The position numbers and the translations under genes are program-made. From the NCBI GenBank assembly GCA_051439425.1, contig JBFRWD010000078.1:1-64000 (forward strand): a stretch of 64,000 nucleotides of DNA, read 5' to 3'. The notes below the pieces were generated by a model. It had not been told where the DNA came from and searched no databases. It saw only the letters and a list, made by a program, of their open reading frames with translations. Positions 41,408 through 51,643 of this stretch are shown here, piece by piece; position 1 is the stretch's first letter, and every line of letters starts with the position of its first letter. The stretch comes from Synechococcus sp. (GTDB lineage Bacteria > Cyanobacteriota > Cyanobacteriia > Thermostichales > PCC-7336).

Positions 41408-42264
41408 AAATCCTTTGGGGATAATTGATTAGCGATCTTGAGAAAACGGAAAGATATGTTTAAGACAGCAAGCAGCGACACATCGTGACTGGGAACAAAC
41501 CGGCATGCAATCGGCACCGGAAAGAAGAGCGTTCTCAAGAGCAAAGGGTAGCGATTTAGCCACATCGCCCCCGAAAAGGAAGTAGCAATCTGACAGTCAC
41601 CTGTGTATCTTTTCCCTCCATCGCACAAGCTACGATACAAGCAATGAAAACTTCGGGACAGAAGCGCAACATGGTCGCATGCTCAACACGCAGACGCTAG
41701 ATATTGCAACGAGAGTCAGTCTCCTATTGTGACCGCAGCACTGACGGAAGAACAGGGCTGCGCCGCATCTCAACCCTGTCAGAACAAAGAGATGCAAAGC
41801 AGGTAATGGCACAAGTGCGCTCGGAACCGTCTGTGTTTGAACCCAGTAACCGTTCAAAATGCGACTCCACACGTAACCCAGACGTATCATCTGCAAGGGG
41901 CAAGGACGCGAAAGGGTCTGTACTATACTGCAGTGACTTCAGAGGGATTTTCGGTCATGGTTGCTGTGCATGCCGAATCCCTGAAGTGTGGATAGAGTAA
42001 TACCAAATTGGAACATCCAACTCGATCTCTCGTCGGTTTGCTGGGTATGTTTACATCCCAAATCTGCACGTCGAGCTTAGCTAGATCTCTTGCAATTCGA
42101 TCGCAATTTCGAACGATAGGATAGCTCACCCGTTCCAATTGAGCGCGCTATTCTTGAGCAACCTCTCTCATCCGTGGCGCTACCATCAAGCCCCGTCCGC
42201 TACTGTTACTGTCCGTCCGCTGTCAGGTTTCATCCCTAACCTTCACTCGGTAGTTCGTTAGTTT

Positions 42265-43317
42265 ATGGATTTCTTTCCTGCCCGCAAGCACCCCCAACCC
42301 TCCGATGCCGATACTGCACTACAGGTGCAGTTGGGTGAATTGCATGATCGGCTGGCTGAATGTCAGCGAGATGCCACCCAATCTCGGGTGGATATGCAAG
42401 CACGGCTACAAGAATTGGAGGAACAATTGGCCATCCGCCAAAAATTGAACGATCGCCAGCGAACCGACATTGAATCCTTAGAAGAACAGCTCGAACGTCT
42501 GAAATTGGAGCGAGCACAGGACGGGCGCCAGCATGACGAACAGTTGGTGCAGCTCAAGGCCGAACTTCAGGATGCAAAAGACATCGCTCAGAAACGTGTT
42601 GAAGCAGTCCAGCGGTTTAAAGCAGAGCTATCCCTGTCTCGCACCACCGCCACAGAAGCGCAGCAAGGATTAAATGCCCTGCGACAGCAGTATTTAGGGG
42701 AAAAAGCTGCTTGGACAGAGCAGCGAGAACTGCTAGAAGCACGGCTGACCGGCTACGAAGAGACAGAAGCGGAAGCAGCTCAGCGATGGCAAGAGGAGCG
42801 AGAAGAGCAACAGATAGCGGAGCAAGAGCGCGATCGCCAAAAGCAGGCAGCCATCGAACATTCCGAACACCTACAGGCCCAAGTATCCGAGCTAGAATCC
42901 CGCAACGAGGCTCTACAAACAGAGTTGACGACCCTTCAAGCCGAGCGTGAATCCCTACAGACACAAGTCAGCGCGCTAGAAGAACGGTTAGCCGACCTAG
43001 AAAATCGAGCACAGGCCAACGAGCAAGCGGCGATCTCGAATGAACGCCTGCAAGCAGCAGAGCAGCAGGCATCTGAGTTAGCAGAACAACTGACCGACTC
43101 TCGTCGCGATCTCAAGCAGTTGGAGTCTGAAGTTGGCGATTGGAAAGAGAAATTTGCCAATCAGCGGATGCACACCATGCGCTTGAAGAAGGCATTGGAG
43201 CGAGCGACAGATGAAGAGCTAGAAACCAATTCTGCAGATGTTGCCATCCAATCAGTTACTATCACCCATCAGGAAGCCACGCGATCGGGGGCCGATTTAC
43301 CGCGATTTATTCGCTAG
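42265..43317 (+). CDS. Long coiled-coil hypothetical protein
   Basis: 350 aa rich in E/Q/L/R with heptad periodicity and a short C-terminal DLPRFIR tail. Confidence 0.8.
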   Translation: MDFFPARKHPQPSDADTALQVQLGELHDRLAECQRDATQSRVDMQARLQELEEQLAIRQKLNDRQRTDIESLEEQLERLKLERAQDGRQHDEQLVQLKAELQDAKDIAQKRVEAVQRFKAELSLSRTTATEAQQGLNALRQQYLGEKAAWTEQRELLEARLTGYEETEAEAAQRWQEEREEQQIAEQERDRQKQAAIEHSEHLQAQVSELESRNEALQTELTTLQAERESLQTQVSALEERLADLENRAQANEQAAISNERLQAAEQQASELAEQLTDSRRDLKQLESEVGDWKEKFANQRMHTMRLKKALERATDEELETNSADVAIQSVTITHQEATRSGADLPRFIR

Positions 43318-43507
43318 CTATTGCGCAGCTCTAAATCAAAAACCTAGAACTGTAAACCGCTGTACTGGTTTGAGGTCGAAAGGCATAAACCAGCTATTGC
43401 CCCGAGCGGGCCAGCAAACAAGCTGGGGAATTCCCTGTTTGACGGCAGCAATATGAACTACAATTCTGCGGCCATTCGCAACCTTAAGAGTGGCTTGGAG
43501 TATCTGG

Positions 43508-44452
43508 CTATGCCACTAGAGAACCGGCAGCATACACCCCAGGGCTCAGAGTGCCGTCGATCCAACTATCCGAATTCACGATGGTGCCGCCGGGAAGGGT
43601 AGCGTTTGGCCCCACTTTCACCCGCGCTCCGATATAGCAGGGGGCAGAGAGCTTGGCAGCTGGATCGATCGTGGCATCAGGATGCACCCAAATCCCCGGA
43701 GCTGTCTCAGTAGCGGAGATCGGATAGTCCGTCATGACAGTCTTCAAAATGTCTAGTTGTCCCTGGTAATAGCTGGGGGGCTTACCCAAGTCTCGCCAGT
43801 ATCCTGCATGGATATAGGACCCCATCATGCTGCCGGACTCCAACAAACCAGGGAATACCGTACGCTCGAAACTGAGTGGCTCTCCAGCAGGATAACGCTC
43901 GAAAATGCTGGGATCGAGAATGTAGGTACCGGCATTAATCGTGTCGGTGGTAATAGTGGCGGCTTCTTCCGGACTGGGTTTTTCGCGGAACGCCAAAATG
44001 CGTCCACTATCGTCCGTCTCCACCAAACCAAAAGCGGTAATATCCTCCACCCTAGTCAGGGTCAGAGTAGCGATCGCTCCCGAATCTTGGTGGTGAGCCA
44101 TCACAGCCTGTAGATCTAGGTCGGTGAGAATATCGGCGTTAAAGACAACCAGAGATTCGCCAGTAAAGTAGGGCTTGGCCAACACCAAAGACCCCGCCGT
44201 ATCGAGCGGAGTATCTTCACGCACGTAGCGAATGGTCACATCCCATTGGCTACCATCTCCGAAATACGCCTCAATTTGTTCGCCCAGGTAGCCAACATTC
44301 ATCAAAATATCGGTCATACCGACCCGCTTACAGCGATTGACCATCCACTCCAAAAAGGGGACTTCCAGAAGCGGCAGCAATGGCTTCGGAGAACGCAGGG
44401 TAAATGGCCTCAGTCGCGTCCCCTTACCACCGGCTACTATGACTGCTTGCAT
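43508..44452 (-). CDS. NDP-sugar synthase / mannose-1-phosphate guanylyltransferase-like nucleotidyltransferase
   Basis: AVIVAGGKGTRLRPFT-PKPL, FREKP, INAGTYIL, YWRDLG and short hexapeptide repeats. ATG at 44452 has a GGAG RBS. Confidence 0.92.
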   Translation of the reverse strand: MQAVIVAGGKGTRLRPFTLRSPKPLLPLLEVPFLEWMVNRCKRVGMTDILMNVGYLGEQIEAYFGDGSQWDVTIRYVREDTPLDTAGSLVLAKPYFTGESLVVFNADILTDLDLQAVMAHHQDSGAIATLTLTRVEDITAFGLVETDDSGRILAFREKPSPEEAATITTDTINAGTYILDPSIFERYPAGEPLSFERTVFPGLLESGSMMGSYIHAGYWRDLGKPPSYYQGQLDILKTVMTDYPISATETAPGIWVHPDATIDPAAKLSAPCYIGARVKVGPNATLPGGTIVNSDSWIDGTLSPGVYAAGSLVA

Positions 44453-44473
44453 ATGCGCTTTCTCCACACCAAA

Positions 44474-44521
44474 ACTGGCTGGCAACACTACACTGGCTGG
44501 CAACACTACACTGGCTGGCAA
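44474..44521. repeat. 18-bp tandem repeat, about 2.7 copies
   Basis: ACTGGCTGGCAACACTAC x2 followed by ACTGGCTGGCAA, all exact. Confidence 0.95.
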
Positions 44522-45063
44522 TCGTTAATGTTACACCATTCTCAGCAATTGGATGTAGTAGACACTCTCAAAGCTGAACGGCCAAGCCCGGCAGTGTTGC
44601 ATTAAGGCATTCATCATCTCAAAGTGACGGTTGTCGCAGGAGTAAGCAGACTACACTCTCAAGTCGATCCGCTCTAATAAAGCATCATCGATAAACATGC
44701 CGCCCTACATTTTCGGGGTAATTATCACATTTTATTCAGAGTTTTTAAACCGGATATTTGGCAAGCGCATCACGATAACAATGATGCATACGGGCAGGTT
44801 GAACATTGCAGTGCGCTGGATCTCGCTAGCAAAGATGCGCATTTCTGCGATGCTACTGGGAGGATAGGCGAGTACGATAGGCTCTAGCCGCATGCTGTGC
44901 AAAGACTTCATCAGTGGGTTACCCCCGATGTCGGCACATCAGCTCGGTGTGTGAGGATGATGGGCTAGTGACTGCTAGCACGAGCCAGCATTAACATCTA
45001 TGCCAATATCCCCCCAAACCTTCCGCGAGATCGCGGCCATTCCCTGGTTTCCGGTTTTTCTGC

Positions 45064-46620
45064 ATGGCTCACCGTTCAAAATTTCCACGAACTCCCGATC
45101 CCCAAGGGCCTCGCCACTCTGGGGAGCATCGCCATATCAGAGATGATGGTGAACACCACCCAGAACGCAGCGATACAGCACATAACCTCACCAACCAGAA
45201 CCGCACAGGACAGAGGAACCGCTTCGAACACAATCAACCCCCATTCGCCAGCATGCAGCGCCCCCGTCCCCACCCTTCTACCCATCGAAATACTGCCCCT
45301 GGAAGCATCTTGCGCTGGTTCCTATTAATTTCATTAGGCACCAGCGTGTCGGTAGCAGCAGTCGGGGGGGCATTGTTTGCGTTTATGCTGTCCAAGCCCA
45401 TCTTGCCTGCAACTGAACTGACGGAAGAACAACAAGAAGTGTTCCGCGATGACGATACGCGGGCCGCAACTCTGAACAACTCTCTCAATATCCTGGTTCT
45501 GGGCATCGACGATCCCGACCCCACCAATCGCGACCAAACTTTTGACGAAACGCTAACAGGTCGCAGCGATACCATGCTGCTGGTTCGGGTCGACCTGGAC
45601 AGCGATCGCATCAATATTTTGTCGATCCCCCGCGATACCCGGGTACGCATTCCCGAGCGCGGTGTGGCCAAGGTCAACCTTGCCAATGCAATTGGCGGTC
45701 CGTCTCTAGCGGCCCAAGTGGTCAGCGATCTGCTCGATGACGTTCCGATCGATCGCTACGTTCGCCTTAACACCGATGGCATTACCGAGCTAATTGACGT
45801 GCTGGGCGGAGTCGAGATTGACGTCCCTAGCCGCATGCAATACGTTGACCGTACCCAAGGGCTGGAAATCGATCTGGAACAAGGTTTACAGCGACTGAAT
45901 GGTGAAGAGGCCCATCATTTTGTCCGATTCCGGCAAGATGAGCTGGGGGACATTGGACGCGTGCAGCGACAGCAGCAAATGATGCGCGCCGTCAGCAGCC
46001 AGGCTCTGAGGCCACTCACGCTGACCAAAGTGCCAGACATTATGCGCACTATCCGCGATAACGTCGATACCAACATGACCTGGGAAGAGCTACTGTCTCT
46101 CTCGCAGTTTGCCTTTCGGTCTCAAGACGATCGCATGAATTTGGTCATGCTCCCCGGACGGTTTAGCGGCCCCGAAGAATACCCTGGCAGTTTTTGGATC
46201 GTCGATCCGGTAGAAACCTACCGAGTTGCCGTCAACTATTTCGACGCCGAACCTCAGTATGGCTCGGTTGACTACCGCTCTCCCGCCGATCAGCGCGTTG
46301 CGGTAACCAATGCGTCGGGCCTTCCTCGCATGGGTCGCAATATGGCCAATGCCTTACGACAGCGCGGATTTACGAATGTCTACGTGATTGAAGACAATAC
46401 TCACGTCTTGGACAGTACGGCGATCATTGCTCAGCAAGGGGATTCCCACGCTGCAGCAGAGGTACAGGCGCTGTTGGGGTTCGGTCAAGTGAGGATCGAG
46501 TCAACAGGTGATATTTCGTCGGACATCACTGTCAAAGTGGGGCGAGACTGGGCATCGTACTGGTACCCAGAAGCTTTGGAGGCCAGCCAAGCGGCATCAT
46601 TCGATGTAGCTGAAAACTAA
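45064..46620 (+). CDS. LCP (LytR-CpsA-Psr) family protein with LytR_C domain
   Basis: TM segment, NILVLGID, GRSDTMLL, LSIPRDT, FVRFRQDELGDIGRVQRQQ, C-terminal DITVKVGRD. Confidence 0.93.
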   Translation: MAHRSKFPRTPDPQGPRHSGEHRHIRDDGEHHPERSDTAHNLTNQNRTGQRNRFEHNQPPFASMQRPRPHPSTHRNTAPGSILRWFLLISLGTSVSVAAVGGALFAFMLSKPILPATELTEEQQEVFRDDDTRAATLNNSLNILVLGIDDPDPTNRDQTFDETLTGRSDTMLLVRVDLDSDRINILSIPRDTRVRIPERGVAKVNLANAIGGPSLAAQVVSDLLDDVPIDRYVRLNTDGITELIDVLGGVEIDVPSRMQYVDRTQGLEIDLEQGLQRLNGEEAHHFVRFRQDELGDIGRVQRQQQMMRAVSSQALRPLTLTKVPDIMRTIRDNVDTNMTWEELLSLSQFAFRSQDDRMNLVMLPGRFSGPEEYPGSFWIVDPVETYRVAVNYFDAEPQYGSVDYRSPADQRVAVTNASGLPRMGRNMANALRQRGFTNVYVIEDNTHVLDSTAIIAQQGDSHAAAEVQALLGFGQVRIESTGDISSDITVKVGRDWASYWYPEALEASQAASFDVAEN

Positions 46621-46739
46621 TTCCTGCTGCCGCCCATGGGCATTTCTATGCCCTCTATTCGACTGTGGAAGGCGGTTAAACCTAATTGCCATTGTCAATA
46701 AATTCTGACGGTCTCGATGAGATCGACGCAATAGCTTAG

Positions 46740-47756
46740 ATGTCCAATCCCACGATATCCTTCCAATCCAGTCATGTTCGCAGCAGAAATCATAGTGTTG
46801 TGACCTACAGTTCGGCCTATACGTTGGTACCTACTTACGAATGTTTCAATCGTTGCAGCTACTGTAATTTTCGAGCTGACCCTGGCTCTGGCTGGATTTC
46901 GTTAAATGAGGCCCGACAGCGGCTGACAGCACTGAAAGAACAAGGCATATGCGAGCTACTGATCTTGAGTGGTGAGGTGCATCCTAATAGCGATCGCCGC
47001 TCTGCCTGGATTCACCACATCTACAACCTCTGCCAACTGTCTCTTGAGCTGGGATTTTTACCTCATACCAATGCTGGACCGCTGTCAGTGGAAGAGATGG
47101 CATTACTGAAATCGGTGAATGCCTCGATGGGATTGATGCTAGAGCAGGTGAACGATCGCCTCATACACACCGTTCACAAACATGCTCCCAGTAAAGTCCC
47201 CAGCCTGCGGATTCAGCAATTAGTACAGGCAGGAGAGCTGCGCATTCCGTTTACAACCGGGATTTTGGTGGGGATTGGGGAAACTGAAGCTGAAAGAGTC
47301 GAGACATTGGAGACAATTGCTCGCATTCATCGCCAGTACGGCCATATCCAAGAGGCGATCGTACAGCCATACAACCAAGGCACTCGCCAGGACTGGACTC
47401 AAGAAAGTGCCAATGTGAGAGAGCTAGTGGAGACGGTGGAGATCGCTCGCCAGATTCTTCCCGATGATGTTGCCGTGCAAATTCCTCCCAACCTGACCGG
47501 GGCTGTTATTCCCTGCATACAGGCTGGAGCGAGTGATTGTGGTGGTTTGGGTCCAGTGGACGAGGTTAATCCCGACTTTCCCCACCCATCTCCTCAACAA
47601 CTAGCGACACAACTAGCAACCGCAGGATTCAAGCTGCAGTTGCGTTTACCGGTCTATCCGCAATACTTCAGATGGGTCGCACCATCCGTGCAACCCAACT
47701 TGAGGGATTGGCAGCAGAGTCTTGGAACGGGTAAGCCAACGCTTGCAGCAACTTAA
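46740..47756 (+). CDS. cofG: FO (8-hydroxy-5-deazariboflavin) synthase subunit CofG
   Basis: VTYSSAYTLVPTYECFNRCSYCNF radical SAM motif, LPHTNAG, FTTGILVGIGE, VQIPPNL, DEVNP. Confidence 0.93.
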   Translation: MSNPTISFQSSHVRSRNHSVVTYSSAYTLVPTYECFNRCSYCNFRADPGSGWISLNEARQRLTALKEQGICELLILSGEVHPNSDRRSAWIHHIYNLCQLSLELGFLPHTNAGPLSVEEMALLKSVNASMGLMLEQVNDRLIHTVHKHAPSKVPSLRIQQLVQAGELRIPFTTGILVGIGETEAERVETLETIARIHRQYGHIQEAIVQPYNQGTRQDWTQESANVRELVETVEIARQILPDDVAVQIPPNLTGAVIPCIQAGASDCGGLGPVDEVNPDFPHPSPQQLATQLATAGFKLQLRLPVYPQYFRWVAPSVQPNLRDWQQSLGTGKPTLAAT

Positions 47757-47783
47757 TTCGTCGAGGCTGCCATCCTCATATCG

Positions 47784-49223
47784 CTATGCTTCAGCCAAAG
47801 CGCTGTCGAGAACAGCCTTCGCCGCCAAATTTCCCGAGATTGTCGCCCCTTCCATGCTGTCAATGTAGTCCTGCAGGGTGTAACTACCCGCCAGGAAGAA
47901 ATTGGGCACTGGTGTGGCTTGATTGGGGCGATAAGGGTCCATACCGGGAGCTTCGCGATAGAGAGATTGGGCCAGCTTGACCACACTGAACCAGGTCATA
48001 TTGAGATCGCGGGCGGAGGGAAATAGCTCGCGTACTTGCTTAAGTACGTGATTGGCGACATCTTCATTCTTCATAGGGATGAACGGATCGCCAGGGGTTA
48101 GAACTAGCTGTAGGAGCGATCCTTGGCCTTCGCGGTAGTAGTCGGTGGGGCTGGTGAGGGCGAGGTCGGCAAAACAAGAGAAATCGGCATCGGCAGTGTA
48201 AAGCAGGTTATCCAGACCGATCGCTGCTGCCTGTTCGGAAGCCGTCTTCGCTTCCCCTTGCAACTCAGTAACCCACCCATCAAATCTCAGTTGAACGGTC
48301 ACTACCGGGACAGCATTGAGCTTGTAAATATTGTCGAATTCCGACCATTTGCGCCAGTGTTCGGGGATCAAGCGATGGACACCAGGAAGGGCGGCAGCGC
48401 ACACATAGGCATCAGCAGTCACCACATCTCCACTGGACAGTTTCAAGCCGGTTACCATCTGGTTCGATTCGTTTCCTTCCGTCAAAATTTCGCTGACACC
48501 GCTACGCAAGTGGATTTTGGCCCCCTTCTCAGTGATGTAGTCGACGATCGGCTTGTGCAAGAATTCAGCGGGAGAACCTTCTAACATGCGCAAGACAGAG
48601 GCTTCTGTTTTGGTGGCGAAAAACAGGAAGATCGTCAACATGCAGCGGGCGGAGATGTTCTCGGTGTCGATGAAACCGAGAGCGTAGGCGATCGGATTCC
48701 ACATACGCTTCAGGCTGCCATCCGAACCGCCATGGCTGCGGAACCAATCGGCAAAGCTAACACGATCTAGCTCGCGTACCTGTTTCATAGCCCCGTTAAA
48801 GTCAACCAATCCACGCACGATGGGACTGGTGCCGAGTGCCAAGGAGTTCTGAAGCTTGTCGATCGCGGATAGCTGAGACGTCGTAAAAAATGCTTTTAGT
48901 CCGTTGAAAGGCGCACCCGTAATAAAGCGGAAATCCAGTTCGCCAGTCTTGCCCCCCTGATTGACGAACATGTGGGTATGGTCCTTTAGCAAGAGGCTAT
49001 CGAGAGCACCCACTTTGGCCATCAACCCAAACAGGTTGTAATAGCAGCCGAAAAACACATGCAGGCCCATTTCAATATGATTGCCATCTTTATCGATCCA
49101 ACTGCCGACCTTGCCACCGACAAACGGGCGATTTTCAAAGATTTCTACGGTGTGGCCTGCTTCAACCAGGTTCACAGCAGTATTGAGGCCAGCTAGACCC
49201 GCTCCAATAATTGCGACGTGCAT
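47784..49223 (-). CDS. crtQ: 9,9'-di-cis-zeta-carotene desaturase
   Basis: [49 protein letters not shown] at 49223. Confidence 0.95.
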   Translation of the reverse strand: MHVAIIGAGLAGLNTAVNLVEAGHTVEIFENRPFVGGKVGSWIDKDGNHIEMGLHVFFGCYYNLFGLMAKVGALDSLLLKDHTHMFVNQGGKTGELDFRFITGAPFNGLKAFFTTSQLSAIDKLQNSLALGTSPIVRGLVDFNGAMKQVRELDRVSFADWFRSHGGSDGSLKRMWNPIAYALGFIDTENISARCMLTIFLFFATKTEASVLRMLEGSPAEFLHKPIVDYITEKGAKIHLRSGVSEILTEGNESNQMVTGLKLSSGDVVTADAYVCAAALPGVHRLIPEHWRKWSEFDNIYKLNAVPVVTVQLRFDGWVTELQGEAKTASEQAAAIGLDNLLYTADADFSCFADLALTSPTDYYREGQGSLLQLVLTPGDPFIPMKNEDVANHVLKQVRELFPSARDLNMTWFSVVKLAQSLYREAPGMDPYRPNQATPVPNFFLAGSYTLQDYIDSMEGATISGNLAAKAVLDSALAEA

Positions 49224-49240
49224 TTGCGATCCCCGACGCC

Positions 49241-49258
49241 TGTGTAACGTAGTGTAAA
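49241..49258 (-). promoter_or_regulatory. HLR1 (RpaB) direct repeat upstream of crtQ
   Basis: Minus strand TTTACACT-AC-GTTACACA against the consensus (G/T)TTACA(T/A)(T/A)-N2-(G/T)TTACA(T/A)(T/A). Confidence 0.6.
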
Positions 49259-49395
49259 CATATTTCATCTTAGCGGGCAACGGAACGGGGTCGAAACGAA
49301 AAACGCTCCCCAATTGACTGGAGAGCGTCTGACGAAATTCAACCGATCGCCCGCCATCCAGAGGCAGAATCGAGCAGTGTTGCGCAACCTAAGCC

Positions 49396-49806
49396 TTAAC
49401 GGTTGCGTTTTAAAGCAAGTTCTACCTGACTTAATTCGCTGGAAACCCGATCCAGCTTGTCTTGACGAACGGGGCGTAGACGCTCGGCTCGATAGTAGGA
49501 GCCGAGAGTATTGAATACCGTTCTCAAGGACGTATAGGATTGCAGACCACTGTACTTATTAGCATTGTAGCGAGAGCCAAATGCTTCCATCACGGAGATA
49601 GCGTTATCGCGCACTTCGCGCTGGTTCTCAGAGTCCTGAGGAGTCTCGATCGCCTCGCGCATCACATCGACAACGATCTGAGCATCTTGCGGATAGTTGC
49701 CAGTCAAGAGTTCGGTACCGGGAGTTGCGGCACAGCCGGACACGAACAGCACTGCCACGAGCGCCAACGCGACGGCTTTCGATAGAAAATGTCTCATTTT
49801 AAACAT
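49396..49806 (-). CDS. psb27: Photosystem II assembly lipoprotein Psb27
   Basis: Lipobox VSGC, LTGNYPQD, SYTSLRTVFNTLGSYY, VELALKR. Confidence 0.88.
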   Translation of the reverse strand: MFKMRHFLSKAVALALVAVLFVSGCAATPGTELLTGNYPQDAQIVVDVMREAIETPQDSENQREVRDNAISVMEAFGSRYNANKYSGLQSYTSLRTVFNTLGSYYRAERLRPVRQDKLDRVSSELSQVELALKRNR

Positions 49807-49852
49807 CTACGCGTGATTGGGATTCTTCCTTAAGAATATGGGAAGACGTATT

Positions 49853-49870
49853 TTTACCCAACTTTACAAT
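49853..49870 (+). promoter_or_regulatory. HLR1-like direct repeat upstream of psb27
   Basis: TTTACCCA-AC-TTTACAAT. Confidence 0.5.
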
Positions 49871-49985
49871 TGCCAAACGTCCAATCAATTCCGTCCCATT
49901 GCGATCGAGTTGGAGGGTGCCAAATGCTCTTGAAGTTCATTCACCGCTCGAACTGCAACCAAGCTGATAACCCTTGGTATGGGTT

Positions 49986-50456
49986 CTAAGACACCTCGGT
50001 TTCCAGCGGCGATTCTTCCTTTTCGGAGGGTGGCTCGACGTCAGACTCAGCTGTGGCGACGTTGTCGGATTCACTAGCCGCTGGCTCGGTTTCTGTATGC
50101 TGCGTATCTCCTGTTTCTGCAGCTCCTTCAACTGACATGGCAGTAGAGTCTGTCTCGTCTGCTGCTCCATCGTCGGGCTCGCCTTCCCCTTTGGGTAACG
50201 ATTCGGGAGGGCTATCCTTCGCGTTGCCGGTCGATGATGTTGTGGATTCGGCCTGAGGTTTGTCCTCCACCATGGCGGAGAGACTATCGGCCTCTTTCTT
50301 CAGCTCGGTCTCGAATTCTTTGGACGCATCCTGTAGCATCTTGAGGGTTTTGGCAATCGAGCGTCCAATTTCCGGCAATCGCTTAGGGCCAAACACTAGC
50401 AGTGCCACTGCCAAGATCAGAATCATCTCGGGAAGGCCCACACCAAAGATATTCAT
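49986..50456 (-). CDS. tatA: Twin-arginine translocase TatA/TatB subunit with a long acidic tail
   Basis: MNIFGVGLPEMILILAVALLVFGPKRLPEIGRS. Confidence 0.92.
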   Translation of the reverse strand: MNIFGVGLPEMILILAVALLVFGPKRLPEIGRSIAKTLKMLQDASKEFETELKKEADSLSAMVEDKPQAESTTSSTGNAKDSPPESLPKGEGEPDDGAADETDSTAMSVEGAAETGDTQHTETEPAASESDNVATAESDVEPPSEKEESPLETEVS

Positions 50457-50685
50457 AAAACTACTCGCACCCAGTTTTTTCTACAGTACACAACAACAAT
50501 TGCCCGCTCGTGAAGCCGTTGAGCGCCAATCAATCAAAATCTCCCTTAGCGATCGCCCCTCCCCAACCGTCATCCCTGGCTCCCCCCCTTCGATCCTGCT
50601 CTGAGAGCAAACCGCCATCCCGATCGGCGGTCGGACCTGGGTAAGCAAAATGGCAAACCCAGTTTTGTCAGCCGATACAGATCGC

Positions 50686-50713
50686 AAAAGGTCTCGGCAG
50701 CAAAACCGAGACC
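50686..50713 (-). terminator. psbH intrinsic terminator
   Basis: Minus strand GGTCTCGG-ttttgctg-CCGAGACC-TTTT. Confidence 0.75.
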
Positions 50714-50747
50714 CTTGAGATAGCGATGCAACTAGAACAGAAAAACG

Positions 50748-50948
50748 CTAGTTGAAGTTTTGCCAGGTCACCTGAACGTTATCGAGGATGAGGGACTTGT
50801 TATAGATCTGCAGGATGATCAGCAGGAACACGGCGAACAGCCCCATAAATACGCCCATGACAACGGTGGTGCCCCAGCCGGGAGAAACTTTACCGTATTC
50901 AGAATTCAAGGGACGAAGGAGGTTGCCTAGCTTGGTCTTGATTGCCAT
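50748..50948 (-). CDS. psbH: Photosystem II reaction centre protein H
   Basis: [18 protein letters not shown]...ILQIYN. Confidence 0.98.
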   Translation of the reverse strand: MAIKTKLGNLLRPLNSEYGKVSPGWGTTVVMGVFMGLFAVFLLIILQIYNKSLILDNVQVTWQNFN

Positions 50949-50981
50949 AGTTCTTTTATAGTTCCGCCCGTCGAGACGTCA

Positions 50982-50999
50982 TTTGTAAACTTACGTAAT
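50982..50999 (-). promoter_or_regulatory. HLR1 (RpaB) direct repeat in the psbH/psbN divergent promoter
   Basis: Minus strand ATTACGTA-AG-TTTACAAA. Confidence 0.55.
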
Positions 51000-51037
51000 A
51001 CTATAAATGAAGTCACACAGAATCTGTATCAATTCTG

Positions 51038-51169
51038 ATGGAACCAGCAACATCTCTTATCATTGGCGTCGCGGTCGTCTTGGTCAGCATCACAGCTTTC
51101 GGAATCTACACCTCTTTTGGCCCGCCATCTAAAGAGCTGGAAGATCCCTACGAAATGCACGAAGACTAG
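51038..51169 (+). CDS. psbN: Photosystem II biogenesis protein PsbN
   Basis: Manual translation MEPATSLIIGVAVVLVSITAFGIYTSFGPPSKELEDPYEMHED* (43 aa), divergent from psbH as usual. Not in the ORF track. Confidence 0.97.
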   Translation: MEPATSLIIGVAVVLVSITAFGIYTSFGPPSKELEDPYEMHED

Positions 51170-51643
51170 CCTGAGGCCTATCCCGGTCAACGATCTGCAG
51201 TTGAAAGACACGTCGAATAGGCACTCTACCGCCAGTACTCCAGTCGATGTTGCGTTGGTACTGGCGGTCTTTGATTGCTGTTGCAGGGCTGAGTATTCGA
51301 CGGTTGCTGGCACGACTACATTGGCGTTGGGTTGGCCTTTCAAGTGGACTCGCTTCTAAGTATTGCAATGTATCGCAATGATTCGACATAGCGATCGCGA
51401 GCAGTCACTGCAAATCTCGCAGGTTGTCGTCGTTCATATTCCTGCTGACAGGTCCCAACTGGCCAGATTCCTGCTGAATAGATCTCTGCGGATGAAAACC
51501 ACGAATGTAGAGTTCTGCAATGAAAATCGTTGACCTGCGTCAGGAATTGCTGTTGATTCAATGGGTTGTGGCGATCGCCCAACAGACGGGGAAGCCTTGC
51601 GTGATAGGATTTATCTCTGTCTCCTCCCAGTGAGTTTGCAGCT

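Noticed and set aside
44474..44521. 18-bp repeat as a mini-CRISPR
   Set aside because: The copies are directly adjacent with no spacers, and there are no cas genes.
46740..47756. cofG as evidence of F420 metabolism
   Set aside because: Cyanobacteria commonly carry cofG/cofH to make 8-HDF as a photolyase antenna, so this is ordinary.
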